A stretch of DNA of 64,000 nucleotides from NCBI GenBank assembly GCA_047602405.1, contig JASGHJ010000001.1, positions 2,272,001 through 2,336,000 on the forward strand, written 5' to 3'. This DNA is from Anaeromyxobacteraceae bacterium (GTDB lineage: Bacteria; Myxococcota; Myxococcia; Myxococcales; Anaeromyxobacteraceae). Positions 41,512-50,771 of the stretch are shown here, in pieces. The notes under the pieces were generated by a model. The model did no database searches. It was not told where the DNA came from and saw nothing but the letters and a program-made list of their open reading frames with translations. Numbering within the stretch: position 1 is the stretch's first letter; every line of letters starts with the position of its first letter. The position numbers were made by a program, and so were the translations under genes.

Positions 41512-42458
41512 TGAAGGCCGTCCGACTCTCCGAGGTGAAGGAGCTGCTCTCAGGCCAGGCGTTCGCGGCCTGGTGGGCCGAGTACGGCCGCGGGGTCGCC
41601 GCGCTGAAGGACGCGCGGCTGCGCCACGAGGAGCTCGTCGCGCAGGCCGAGATGATGGAGCTGCGCTCCGAGCTCGCGCAGCGCGCCGCGATCGACGCGT
41701 TCTCGCGCAGCGGCGAGGCCGAGGACCGCGGGCGCGGCGAGCAGGCCGAGGCGCAGGCGCTCGAGAACCAGGCCCTCGAGCACGTCGCGATCTACGAGGA
41801 GCACCGCTTCCGCACCTCCGATCTCTGGTACCGCCTCGGCGGGGCCGAGAAGCGCCTCGAGGAGGCGAGGGAGGCCGCAACCTCGGCGCCGGGCGCCGTG
41901 AAGCAGAAGGCGGACGCCGCGCTCGCCGAGGCCGAGAAGGAGCACGCGCGCGTGCGCGGCGACTACGAGGCCTTCGACGGCCGCCGCAACAAGCTCTGGG
42001 AGGACGTCGAGGACGCCTGGTCGCGCAGCTGCGAGCGCGCGCTTCTCGCCGCCGAGCACAGCGTGGGCGCCCGCGCGGTGCGCCGCGAGGCCGAGCGGCT
42101 CTTCAAGGAGGCCGAGGAGCGCCGCACCCGCGCGAAGGCCCTGCGCGCCGAGGCGGACGCCGCCGGCCGCGAGCGCGCCGACGCCGAGCGCAGGCGCGCC
42201 GACCTGCTCCGCGGCGCCGGCGAGCGCTTCGGGTGCCTGGCCGGCGACGGCTGGCTCTACTGGCGCAACCGCGACGACAAGCGGGCCGCGTTCGCGGTCG
42301 CGCTCCAGGACCTGCCCGAGGGCGCGAACCTCGAGGTGAAGGCGCTCTCGATCTACGCCGTGGGGCTGCAGCGCGGCATCGGCCACCTCAATCCGGCCCG
42401 CGAGGGTGCGGCCGCGATCAAGGAGGGGGCGCCGCCCGCCCCGACGGGCGCCGCCTGA
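41511..42458 (+). CDS. Hypothetical coiled-coil protein
   Basis: Host-like codon usage, TGATG coupling, helical E/A/R-rich sequence. Confidence 0.7.
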   Translation: MKAVRLSEVKELLSGQAFAAWWAEYGRGVAALKDARLRHEELVAQAEMMELRSELAQRAAIDAFSRSGEAEDRGRGEQAEAQALENQALEHVAIYEEHRFRTSDLWYRLGGAEKRLEEAREAATSAPGAVKQKADAALAEAEKEHARVRGDYEAFDGRRNKLWEDVEDAWSRSCERALLAAEHSVGARAVRREAERLFKEAEERRTRAKALRAEADAAGRERADAERRRADLLRGAGERFGCLAGDGWLYWRNRDDKRAAFAVALQDLPEGANLEVKALSIYAVGLQRGIGHLNPAREGAAAIKEGAPPAPTGAA

Positions 42459-42477
42459 TCCCCGGAGACGCGACGGG

Positions 42478-45400
42478 ATGAGCCCGCTCCTCGCGGCCCT
42501 CGTGGCCGGGGCCGTCGCGGTCTCGAACTTCCCCAGGGACGCCGGCGGGCGCATCTCGCGCACCGCCATCCCGGTCGAGCTCCAGGGAGCGCCGGCGGTG
42601 GTGGTCGCCGCCGGCGACCGGCTCGTCGCCTTCCGCGCCGACGGCGCGGTGCTGAGCGGGTTCCCGGTGACCCTCGGCGCGAACGCCGTGGGCGCGCCCG
42701 CCGCCGCGGACATGGACGGCGACGGCAAGCCGGAGGTCGCGGTCGCGACCGAGGACGGCCGGCTCTGGCTCGTGACCGGCGGCGGCCCCGTGCCGGGCTT
42801 CCCGGTGAAGCTCGGCGCCGCGCTGCGCGCCGGCCCCTCGTTCGCCGACGTCGACGGCGACGGCCACCCGGAGGTGCTCGTCGGCGATCCGGCCGGCCGG
42901 GTGCACGCGCTCCGGAGGGACGGCCGCCCCGCGAAGGGCTGGCCCTCCGCCGCGGGCCGCTCGCCGGTGACGACCTCGGTCTCTTCCTCGCGCTTCGCCG
43001 GCGGACCGTCGTTCGCGTACGGCTGCGAGGACGGCCGGGTGCACGTGCTCGACGCGGCCGGCAAGGAGCGGAAGGGCTTCCCGCTCGTCACCGCGTTCAC
43101 CGTCACCGGCGCGCCGGTCTTCGCCGACCTCGACGACGACGGCGAGATCGACCTCCTCGCCGCGAGCCAGGACTTCAAGGTCCACGCCGTCGACGCGCGC
43201 GGCGCGCCGAAGCCGGGCTTCCCGGTGACGACCGCCTACCGCATCTACGAGGGGCCGGCGGTCGGCGACCTCGACGGCGACGGCCGCCTCGACGTGGTGT
43301 TCGCCTCGGCCGACGGCCTCGTGCACGCGGTGTCGAGCGCGGGGAAGCCGCTCCCGGGCTTCCCGGTCCAGGCCGGCGCCCGCACCTTCGGCGCCGCGGT
43401 GCTGGGCGACGTCGATCGCGACGGACGGCTCGAGGTGGTGGTCGCCGGCGGCGACGGCGCGGTGTACGCGTTCGACGCGAGGGGGCAGCCGCTGCCCGGC
43501 TTCCCCGAGCCGCTCGCGGTGAACGACACCACCGCCTCGCCCCTCGTGCTCGACCTCTCGCGCCAGGGCGTCCCGGGCATCTTCCTCGGCCTCGCGAACG
43601 GCAAGCTGCACGCCGTCCGGGTCGCCCGCGCGGGCTCCCAGGCCGCGTCGGCGCCGCCGGCGTGGCCGCAGGCGGGCCGCGACCCTGCCCAGACGGCGCG
43701 CTTCGGCCCGAATCCGCCCGTGTACAAGGACCTCGCCGTCGCGCCGTCGAAGCCGCGCGTGACGGACGGGCTCGCCGCCAGCTGGAAGGTGTTCTGGCTC
43801 GACGCGCGGCCGGGCGAGGAGCCTGCTCCGCCCAGGATCGAGTGGCGCCGGAACGGGAAGGCCGTGCCCGCCCACGACGGGAGGCGCGAGGTCCCGGTCG
43901 GCGCGCTCCGCAGGGGCGAGACCTGGAGGTTCGTGCTCACCGGCCCGGGTGGGAAGACGTTCGAGGGGCCGGACACGCTCGTGCTCGACTCGGCGCCCGG
44001 CGAGGCGGCGGTCGCGATCGAGCCCGCCCGGCCGAGCCGCGCGCAGCCGGCCCGCGCGAGGATCACCGCGCCGGCGCCCGACGCCGACGGCGATCCGGTC
44101 GCCTACCGCATCCAGTGGCTCCTCGACGGCGTCGACACCGGGGTGACCGGCGAGGTGTTCCCGGCCGATCGGCTCAGGAAGGGCGCGCTCCTCGGCGCGC
44201 GGGTCGTCGCGAGCGACGGCGAGCTCGACGGCGCGCCGGCCCTCGGCGTGGCGCGCGTGGTCGACACGCCGCCCGGCGCGCTCGCGGCCTCGCTCGAGCC
44301 CGCCGAGCCGGGCCGCGCCGAGGCCGTCCGCGTGAGGATCGACCGGCCCGCCGAGGACGTCGACGGCGACCCGCTCACGTACCGGCTCGCGTGGAAGGTG
44401 GGGGGCGTCGCGCGCAACCTCCCCGCCGGCACCATGGAGCTGCCCGCCGGCCAGTTCAGGAAGCACGAGGTCCTCGAGGTCGAGGTCCGCGCGTTCGACG
44501 GCGAGCTCGAGGGCCCGCCCACGATCGCCCGCGCGACCGCGCGCAACACGCCGCCCGGGGCGGGGGCGGTGCGGATCACCCCGGCCGCCCCGCGGCGCGG
44601 CGATCCCCTGCGCGCGGTGCTCACCCAGGGCGCCGAGGACGTGGACGCCGACCTCCTCTCGTACCGCTACGCCTGGACGAAGAACGGCGCGCCGCTCGCG
44701 GTGCCGGGGGACGGCCGCGAGGTGCCGGCGAAGGAGGTCGCCCGCGGCGACCGCTTCCGGGTCTCGGCGGTGGCGCTCGACGGCGAGGCCGAGGGGCCGC
44801 CCGCGACCGCCGAGGCCACCGTGGGCAACACGCCGCCCGAGGCGCCGCGCATCGCGGTCGAGCCCGCCCGCCCGCGGGGCGGCGAGACCCTGACCGTGAA
44901 GGTCCTCGAGCCCGCGCGGGACCCGGACGGCGATCCGGTGAAGCTCGCCGTCGCGTGGGCCCGCGACGGGCGCCCGACCGGCGACGGGGGCGAGGCGCTG
45001 CCGCCCACCGCGTTCAAGAAGGGCGAGCGCGTCCGCGTCACGGTGACGCCCTCCGACGGCACCGACCCGGGCCCGCCCGCCGCCTTCGAGGTCCGCGTCG
45101 AGAACGCGGTCCCCGGCGCGCCGAGGGTGGCGCTCGAGCCGGCCCGGCCCGCCGTGACCGCGCCGCTCCGCGCCGTGCTCGCCGAGCAGGCGAAGGACGC
45201 CGACGGCGACGCGCTCCGCTACCGGTACCGCTGGACGCGGGACGGCCTGCCGTTCGCGCTGCCCGACGGCAGCGAAGGCTCGCAGCGGCCGCCGTACTGG
45301 ACCTCCACCACCGAGGTGCCCGCGAAGGAGCTTCACAAGGGGCAGCGCTGGGCCGTCGAGGTGCAGGCGGGCGACGGCGAGGCGTTCGGCCCGTCGGCCG

Positions 45401-47184
45401 TCGCCGACGCGACCGTCGTGAACAGCCCGCCGCCGCAGCCCGCGGTCGCGCTGCGCCCCGACCGGCCCCGCCGCATGGACGGCCTCCTCGCCGAGGTGAA
45501 GCAGCCGCCCGACGCCGACGGCGACGTGCTCACGCTCCGCTACACCTGGACGCGCGACGGCCAGAGGGTCGACGTCCCGCCGGACGAGGCGCAGATCGCG
45601 CGCGGCACGCCCCGGCGCGGCCAGCGCTGGGCGGTCGAGGTCGTCGCGCTCGACGGCGAGGCCGAGTCGGCGCCCGCGCGCGCCGAGGTGGTCATCGCCG
45701 ACACGCCGCCCGGCCCGGTGGGCGTCGCGCTCTGCGAGCACGCCACCGGCGGCACGGTGCCGACGGGCACGGTCCCCGAGGTCCGGGTGACGCGGCCCGC
45801 GACCGACGCCGACGGGGACGCGATCAGCTACCGCCACGAATGGACCGTCGACGGCCGCCCGCAGGCCTCGGCCTCCGGCCAGACCCGGCTCGCCGGCCCG
45901 CGCGGCAAGCACGACGTCGTGCGGGTGACGGTGACGCCGTGGGACGGCGAGCTCGCCGGGCCGCCGGCGGGCGCCGAGTGCACGTTCCGCAACACGCCCC
46001 CGACGACGCCCGCCATCGCGCTCGAGCCCGCGGAGCCCACCGCGCTCACGGGCGTCACGGTCTCGATCCGCCGGCCCTCGACCGACCTCGACGACGACCC
46101 CGTGAGCTACCGGTACGCCTGGACGCGCAACGGTGTCCCCGCCGCGTTCGAGGGCGCGACGATCCCGCCGGACACGCTGCGGCACGGCGAGCTGTGGCGG
46201 GTGGTGGTGACGCCGTTCGACGGCGAGCAGGAGGGCGAGCCCGCCGCGCTGTCGGTCGTGGTGAAGAACACCGCGCCGCCCGCGCCCACGGTGCTGCTCA
46301 CGCCGGCGACGCCCGCCGTGGGCGAGCCGGTGAGCTGCGACGCCCGCGCGCCGGAGCGCGACGCCGACGGCGAGCCGGTGACGCTCGGGTACCAGTGGTT
46401 CAGGGACGGCGCGCTGCAGGCGGTGGGCGAGGGCTCGGCGTCGCTGCCGCGCGGCCTCGTGCGCCGCGGCGAGCGCTGGCGCTGCGAGGCGTGGGCGCAG
46501 GACGGGCAGGGCGGGGTGAGCCCGCGCGGCAAGGCCGAGCTCGTCGTGCGCAACAGCCCGCCGAAGGCGCCCGAGGTCGCGGTCGAGCCCGAGCGCCCGC
46601 GGCGCGAGGACCCCCTCGCGTGCCGCATCGCGGTCGCCTCCGCGGATCCCGACGGCGACGCCGTGACCTACGCCTACGCCTGGACCCGCAACGGCTCGGC
46701 CGTCGCGCCCGGCGCCGACCCCGCGCGCGTCGCGCCACCCGCGCTCGCGAAGGGCGAGCGGTGGCGGTGCAGCGCCACGCCGTCGGACGGCACGCTCGCC
46801 GGCCCCGCCGGCTGGGCCGAGAAGGTCATCGCCAACACGCCGCCCGGCCCGCCGCGCGTGCGCATCGTCCCGGCCGCCCCGAGGGCGGGGCAGGCGCTGC
46901 GGTGCGAGATTGTCACGCCGGGTGTGGACGTGGACGGCGATGTGGTCCGGTATCGCTGGCGCTGGCAGAAGAACGGCTCGGTCCAGCCGTTCGCCGAGAG
47001 CTCTCAGGAGGTTCCGTCACGTCTGGTGCGGCCCGGGGATCGCTGGCGCTGCACGGCGACCCCGACCGACGGGGTGGACCTGGGCCCTGAAGGGGGTAGC
47101 GAGGAAGTGACCGTGCCAGGCGGTCCAACCGGGCCTGCGATCAGCGTTTCGGACGGGCTCTCCGCCGAGCGCCCCTCGCGTTGA
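42478..47184 (+). CDS. Giant secreted protein: FG-GAP/VCBS propeller + about 12 cadherin-like Ig repeats
   Basis: DxDGDG.GFPV repeats, then about 12 units of N(T/S)PP..DxDGD..Y.W..(D/N)G..DG. Confidence 0.85.
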   Translation: MSPLLAALVAGAVAVSNFPRDAGGRISRTAIPVELQGAPAVVVAAGDRLVAFRADGAVLSGFPVTLGANAVGAPAAADMDGDGKPEVAVATEDGRLWLVTGGGPVPGFPVKLGAALRAGPSFADVDGDGHPEVLVGDPAGRVHALRRDGRPAKGWPSAAGRSPVTTSVSSSRFAGGPSFAYGCEDGRVHVLDAAGKERKGFPLVTAFTVTGAPVFADLDDDGEIDLLAASQDFKVHAVDARGAPKPGFPVTTAYRIYEGPAVGDLDGDGRLDVVFASADGLVHAVSSAGKPLPGFPVQAGARTFGAAVLGDVDRDGRLEVVVAGGDGAVYAFDARGQPLPGFPEPLAVNDTTASPLVLDLSRQGVPGIFLGLANGKLHAVRVARAGSQAASAPPAWPQAGRDPAQTARFGPNPPVYKDLAVAPSKPRVTDGLAASWKVFWLDARPGEEPAPPRIEWRRNGKAVPAHDGRREVPVGALRRGETWRFVLTGPGGKTFEGPDTLVLDSAPGEAAVAIEPARPSRAQPARARITAPAPDADGDPVAYRIQWLLDGVDTGVTGEVFPADRLRKGALLGARVVASDGELDGAPALGVARVVDTPPGALAASLEPAEPGRAEAVRVRIDRPAEDVDGDPLTYRLAWKVGGVARNLPAGTMELPAGQFRKHEVLEVEVRAFDGELEGPPTIARATARNTPPGAGAVRITPAAPRRGDPLRAVLTQGAEDVDADLLSYRYAWTKNGAPLAVPGDGREVPAKEVARGDRFRVSAVALDGEAEGPPATAEATVGNTPPEAPRIAVEPARPRGGETLTVKVLEPARDPDGDPVKLAVAWARDGRPTGDGGEALPPTAFKKGERVRVTVTPSDGTDPGPPAAFEVRVENAVPGAPRVALEPARPAVTAPLRAVLAEQAKDADGDALRYRYRWTRDGLPFALPDGSEGSQRPPYWTSTTEVPAKELHKGQRWAVEVQAGDGEAFGPSAVADATVVNSPPPQPAVALRPDRPRRMDGLLAEVKQPPDADGDVLTLRYTWTRDGQRVDVPPDEAQIARGTPRRGQRWAVEVVALDGEAESAPARAEVVIADTPPGPVGVALCEHATGGTVPTGTVPEVRVTRPATDADGDAISYRHEWTVDGRPQASASGQTRLAGPRGKHDVVRVTVTPWDGELAGPPAGAECTFRNTPPTTPAIALEPAEPTALTGVTVSIRRPSTDLDDDPVSYRYAWTRNGVPAAFEGATIPPDTLRHGELWRVVVTPFDGEQEGEPAALSVVVKNTAPPAPTVLLTPATPAVGEPVSCDARAPERDADGEPVTLGYQWFRDGALQAVGEGSASLPRGLVRRGERWRCEAWAQDGQGGVSPRGKAELVVRNSPPKAPEVAVEPERPRREDPLACRIAVASADPDGDAVTYAYAWTRNGSAVAPGADPARVAPPALAKGERWRCSATPSDGTLAGPAGWAEKVIANTPPGPPRVRIVPAAPRAGQALRCEIVTPGVDVDGDVVRYRWRWQKNGSVQPFAESSQEVPSRLVRPGDRWRCTATPTDGVDLGPEGGSEEVTVPGGPTGPAISVSDGLSAERPSR

Positions 47185-47256
47185 CTGCCCGGCGGCAACC
47201 TAGTACGTTATCTAGGCTTTTTCCGTTCCCAGCGCCGCCCCTCCGGAGCCGATCAC

Positions 47257-47880
47257 GTGAACCGCAGATTCACAGTGGCCGCCGTCGTCGCGCTCGCGCT
47301 CGCCAGCGAGGCACGGGCGCAGAAGGCGCCGCCGTCCGCGCCCCCGCAGGCACCGCCCGCGCGCACGGTCGGAGGGTCCCCTTCGACCCCGAAGGCGACG
47401 CCGGCGGGCCCGGGCGGGAAGGTGCTCTCCGACTCGGAGAAGGTCGAGAAGGCTTCCGAGTACGTGGCGAAGATGAAGGCCGCGATGAAGGCGGTCCTCA
47501 CCCGCGTCGAGGACGCGCGGAACGAGAAGGACGTCGTGAAGCTGAACTGCGTGAACGAGAAGCTCACGCAGGTGAAGGGGCTCCTCAAGGTCGCCGAGCA
47601 GGCCGACGTCGCGCTCTCCGAGGCGATCGCGCGCAAGGACGAGGCGGCCGACACCGAGTTCCAGAAGATCACGATGGCGCGCTCCAAGATCGAGGCGCTG
47701 CGCGGCGAGGCCGACCAGTGCATCGGCCAGCTCGCCTACGTCGTCGACAGCGAGACCTCGGTCGAGGTGCAGCAGCCCGACAACCTCGCGGGCCTCGACG
47801 TCACCCGCCGCCAGCCGCCCCCCGAGCCGGTCGTCACCCCACCCGTCGTGCGACGGCCGCCCGCGAGCCGCTGGTACTGA
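47257..47880 (+). CDS. Secreted helical protein upstream of the Wzp/OPX pair
   Basis: Signal peptide [23 protein letters not shown]. Confidence 0.75.
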   Translation: MNRRFTVAAVVALALASEARAQKAPPSAPPQAPPARTVGGSPSTPKATPAGPGGKVLSDSEKVEKASEYVAKMKAAMKAVLTRVEDARNEKDVVKLNCVNEKLTQVKGLLKVAEQADVALSEAIARKDEAADTEFQKITMARSKIEALRGEADQCIGQLAYVVDSETSVEVQQPDNLAGLDVTRRQPPPEPVVTPPVVRRPPASRWY

Positions 47881-47885
47881 GCCCG

Positions 47886-49109
47886 ATGAAGCCTACCGGC
47901 CCGCGCCTCCTCGGCGCGCTCGTCGCCCTCGTGGCCCTCTCGCTCCCGGGCCCGGCCTCGGCCACGCCGGGGAACGGGATCCGCCTGGGCGGCTCCGACG
48001 GGCGGCTGCACCCGTACTTCGAGCTCGAGAGCCGCTGGGACTCGAACGCGCAGTTCCAGACCTCCGGGCAGGGCGCCCTCGTGATGCACCTGCGCCCCGG
48101 CTTCTCGATCGCCTCGCCGGGCGACCTCATCGCGCTCGACGGCGACGCGCGCCTCGACTGGGCGCAGTACCTCACCGGCGAGGACACCTCGAAGCTCTCC
48201 CGGCTCTTCGCCGACGTGTCGCTCGGCGTGGGCGTGAACCGCAAGGGCACGCTCGGCTTCGAGCTCAAGGACGACTTCCAGCGCAGCACCACCACCGCGT
48301 CGCTGACGTTCGGGTCCGCGGTCATCTCGAACCGCAACAACCTCGACCTCTCCATCCCGTGGCGCCCCGGCGGCGGGGCCCTCGCCGTCACCGCGCTCGG
48401 CAGCTGGAAGCTCGAGACCTTCGCGCCGTACTCCGACTGCCTCGACATCACCGACGCGTCCTGCTCGACGCAGGAGCTGAGGGACCTCGGCTACAACGAC
48501 CTGCGCGCCGGGGTCGAGGCGAAGTGGCGCTTCCTGCCCCGCACCGCGGCCGTGATCGACGGCAGCTACTCGGTGCGCATGCCGAACAGCACGAGGTCCT
48601 CGACCCAGGTCACCGGCTGGCGCGCGGACGCCGGCGTGCAGGGCCTCATCACCGCCCACCTCGCCGCGACGCTGAAGGGCGGCTGGGGCAGCGCGTCCGG
48701 CGGCGGCGGCCTCGGCACCTGGCTCGCCACGGGCGAGCTCGAGTGGCTGCCGACCGTGACGACCTCGGCGCGCGTCGGCTACGTGCACGACTGGGGCACC
48801 GACCCGGGCACGCCGTTCTCGCTCTACGGCACGCACCGCGTCTACGTGATGGGCAACATGCTCCTCGCCGGCCGCCTCACCGCCGGCCTGAAGGGGCAGC
48901 TCGAGTCGCTCTCCTTCCACAGCACGAGCGGCACGAACGTCATCTACCGGCTCGAGCCCACGCTCGACTACGCGCTCGCGCGGTGGGGCACGCTGGGGCT
49001 CGGCTACACGCTCTCCCACCGGAAGGCCGACGTGCCGAACGTGCCGACCGGCTACGCCTACGACTTCACGAAGCAGGAGCTGTGGCTCAAGTTCCGCTTC
49101 ACGTATTGA
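47886..49109 (+). CDS. Outer-membrane beta-barrel, Wzp/EpsX-like polysaccharide porin
   Basis: Signal peptide, GIRLG..RLHP, amphipathic strands, WRFLPRTA, terminal FTY; adjacent to OPX gene. Confidence 0.75.
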   Translation: MKPTGPRLLGALVALVALSLPGPASATPGNGIRLGGSDGRLHPYFELESRWDSNAQFQTSGQGALVMHLRPGFSIASPGDLIALDGDARLDWAQYLTGEDTSKLSRLFADVSLGVGVNRKGTLGFELKDDFQRSTTTASLTFGSAVISNRNNLDLSIPWRPGGGALAVTALGSWKLETFAPYSDCLDITDASCSTQELRDLGYNDLRAGVEAKWRFLPRTAAVIDGSYSVRMPNSTRSSTQVTGWRADAGVQGLITAHLAATLKGGWGSASGGGGLGTWLATGELEWLPTVTTSARVGYVHDWGTDPGTPFSLYGTHRVYVMGNMLLAGRLTAGLKGQLESLSFHSTSGTNVIYRLEPTLDYALARWGTLGLGYTLSHRKADVPNVPTGYAYDFTKQELWLKFRFTY

Positions 49110-49111
49110 CC

Positions 49112-49711
49112 ATGAACGTCAGGACGCTGGCTTTACTCGCGGTCGCTCTCGCCGGCTGCGCGCACCGCTCCGCCGAGCTCCCCGCCTCGACGCCGGCCTC
49201 CGAGGCCGCCGCGGCGCTGGCCGCGACCTCGCTCGGGCCGGGCGACGTGTTCGAGGTCCGCGTCTACGGCGAGCCCGAGCTCACCGGCATGTACCAGGTG
49301 GGCGCGGACGGGGCGGTCGTCTTCCCGCTCTGCCAGCGGGTGGAGGTGGGCGGGCTCGCCCCCAACGACGCCGCCGGCCGCATCCGCAAGTGCCTCGCCG
49401 AGCGCTTCATCCGCGACCCGCAGGTCACGGTGATGGTGAAGGAGTACAACTCGAAGAAGGTGTTCGTGTTCGGCGAGGTGCAGAAGCCCGGCACGTTCAC
49501 CTACGAGGACGGCATGTCGATCGTGCAGGCCGTCACGCTCGCGGGCGGGTTCACCAAGACCGCCGCGCAGAACTCCACCTCCGTCACGCGGCGCGTGAAC
49601 GGCACCGAGCAGAAGATCCGGGTCACCGTGCAGGACATCGCGCTCGGCAAGGCGCCGAACTTCACGCTCGAGCCGGGCGACATCGTGTTCGTGCCGGAGA
49701 GTCTCTTCTGA
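49112..49711 (+). CDS. wza: Short OPX (Wza-like) polysaccharide export lipoprotein
   Basis: LAGC lipobox; [37 protein letters not shown]; no C-terminal OM helix. Confidence 0.88.
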   Translation: MNVRTLALLAVALAGCAHRSAELPASTPASEAAAALAATSLGPGDVFEVRVYGEPELTGMYQVGADGAVVFPLCQRVEVGGLAPNDAAGRIRKCLAERFIRDPQVTVMVKEYNSKKVFVFGEVQKPGTFTYEDGMSIVQAVTLAGGFTKTAAQNSTSVTRRVNGTEQKIRVTVQDIALGKAPNFTLEPGDIVFVPESLF

Positions 49712-49716
49712 GTTCC

Positions 49717-49770
49717 GAGGGGGCGTAGCCCCCTCCCCGTGGAGCGAAGCTCCACGGGGCCCCTCCCCGG
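49717..49770. repeat. Intergenic palindromic repeat, family B (opposite orientation)
   Basis: Hairpin + CCCCGTGGAGCGAAGCTCCACGGGGCCCCTCCCCGG, matching the reverse complement of 11924-11988. Confidence 0.65.
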
Positions 49771-49800
49771 ATCTGCTCCGCTGCGCTTCGCAGGGGGTCC

Positions 49801-50529
49801 ATGCGCGTCCCGCTCCGCACCCTCGCCGCGATCGAGCGCGACGTCGTCGGGTGCCGCGCGTGCCCGCGGCTCGTGCGCTGGCGCGAGGAGGTCGCGCGCG
49901 TCAAGCGGCGGGCGTACCGGGAAGAGGAGTACTGGGGCCGGCCGGTGCCGGGCTTCGGCGATCCCGCGGCGCGCGTCGTGCTCGTGGGGCTCGCGCCCGG
50001 CGCGCACGGCGCGAACCGCACCGGGCGCATGTTCACCGGCGACGGCACGGGCGACTTCCTCTACGCGGCGCTCAACCGGGCCGGGCTCGCCTCGCAGGCC
50101 TCCGCCGTCTCGCGGGACGACGGCCTCCGGATGCGCGGGGTGTGGCTCACGAACGCCGGGCGGTGCGTGCCTCCGGACAACCGGCCGACGCCGGCCGAGC
50201 TCGCCCGCTGCGCGCCGTTCCTCGACCGCGAGCTCGCGGCGCTGCGGGAGGTGCGGGTCCTCGTCGCGCTCGGGGCCATCGCCTGGGACGCGTGCCTGGG
50301 TGCGCTCGCGCGGGCGGGACACCCGGTGCCGCGGCCCAGGCCCCGGTTCGCGCACGGCGCGGAGGTCCGGCTCGCCTCGGGCGCGCCGCTCCTCCTCGGG
50401 ACCTACCACCCCTCGCGGCAGAACACGCAGACCGGTCGGCTCGTCCCGGCGATGCTGGACGCCGTGATCGCGCGGGCGGCCGCTGAAGCGGGCCTGCCTC
50501 TCGGGCCGGAGACGACATACAGCGGATGA
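49801..50529 (+). CDS. Uracil-DNA glycosylase, family 5 (UdgB-like)
   Basis: CRACPRL, GLAPGAHGANRTGRMFTGD, YHPSRQNT. Confidence 0.92.
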   Translation: MRVPLRTLAAIERDVVGCRACPRLVRWREEVARVKRRAYREEEYWGRPVPGFGDPAARVVLVGLAPGAHGANRTGRMFTGDGTGDFLYAALNRAGLASQASAVSRDDGLRMRGVWLTNAGRCVPPDNRPTPAELARCAPFLDRELAALREVRVLVALGAIAWDACLGALARAGHPVPRPRPRFAHGAEVRLASGAPLLLGTYHPSRQNTQTGRLVPAMLDAVIARAAAEAGLPLGPETTYSG

Positions 50530-50654
50530 AGGTCTTCCGCTCGCCCCGAGCGTAGGCCCGCCGCAGGCGGGCCGGAGACGACATACAGCGGATGAAGGTC
50601 TTCCGTTCGCCCCGAGCGTAGGCCCGCCGCAGGCGGGCCGGAGACGAGGGGCGG
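50503..50654 (+). repeat. 66-bp tandem duplication (about 2.2 copies) containing family A palindromes
   Basis: GGGCCGGAGACGA recurs at 50503, 50569 and 50635; the two full units differ at one base. Confidence 0.9.
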
Positions 50655-50741
50655 CCGCAGGGTGGTCCGCCCCGCGGACCAAGGTCCGCGCCGCGTCCCG
50701 TGGCGATTTCGTGGATCCCCGTGATCCCGCGCCCTTGCCGC

Positions 50742-50771
50742 TGGCGCGCGGCTTGCTGAACGCGCGTGCAT
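50742..50771 (+). promoter_or_regulatory. Putative sigma54 promoter overlapped by a Myxococcus-type LexA box
   Basis: TGGCGC-N5-TTGCT (50742-50757); reverse complement of 50755-50771 is ATGCACGCGCGTTCAGC, 16/17 match to CTRHAMRYBYGTTCAGS. Confidence 0.55.

Noticed and set aside
50503..50654. Possible CRISPR array
   Set aside because: The would-be spacers are near-identical, there are only about 2 units, and no cas genes
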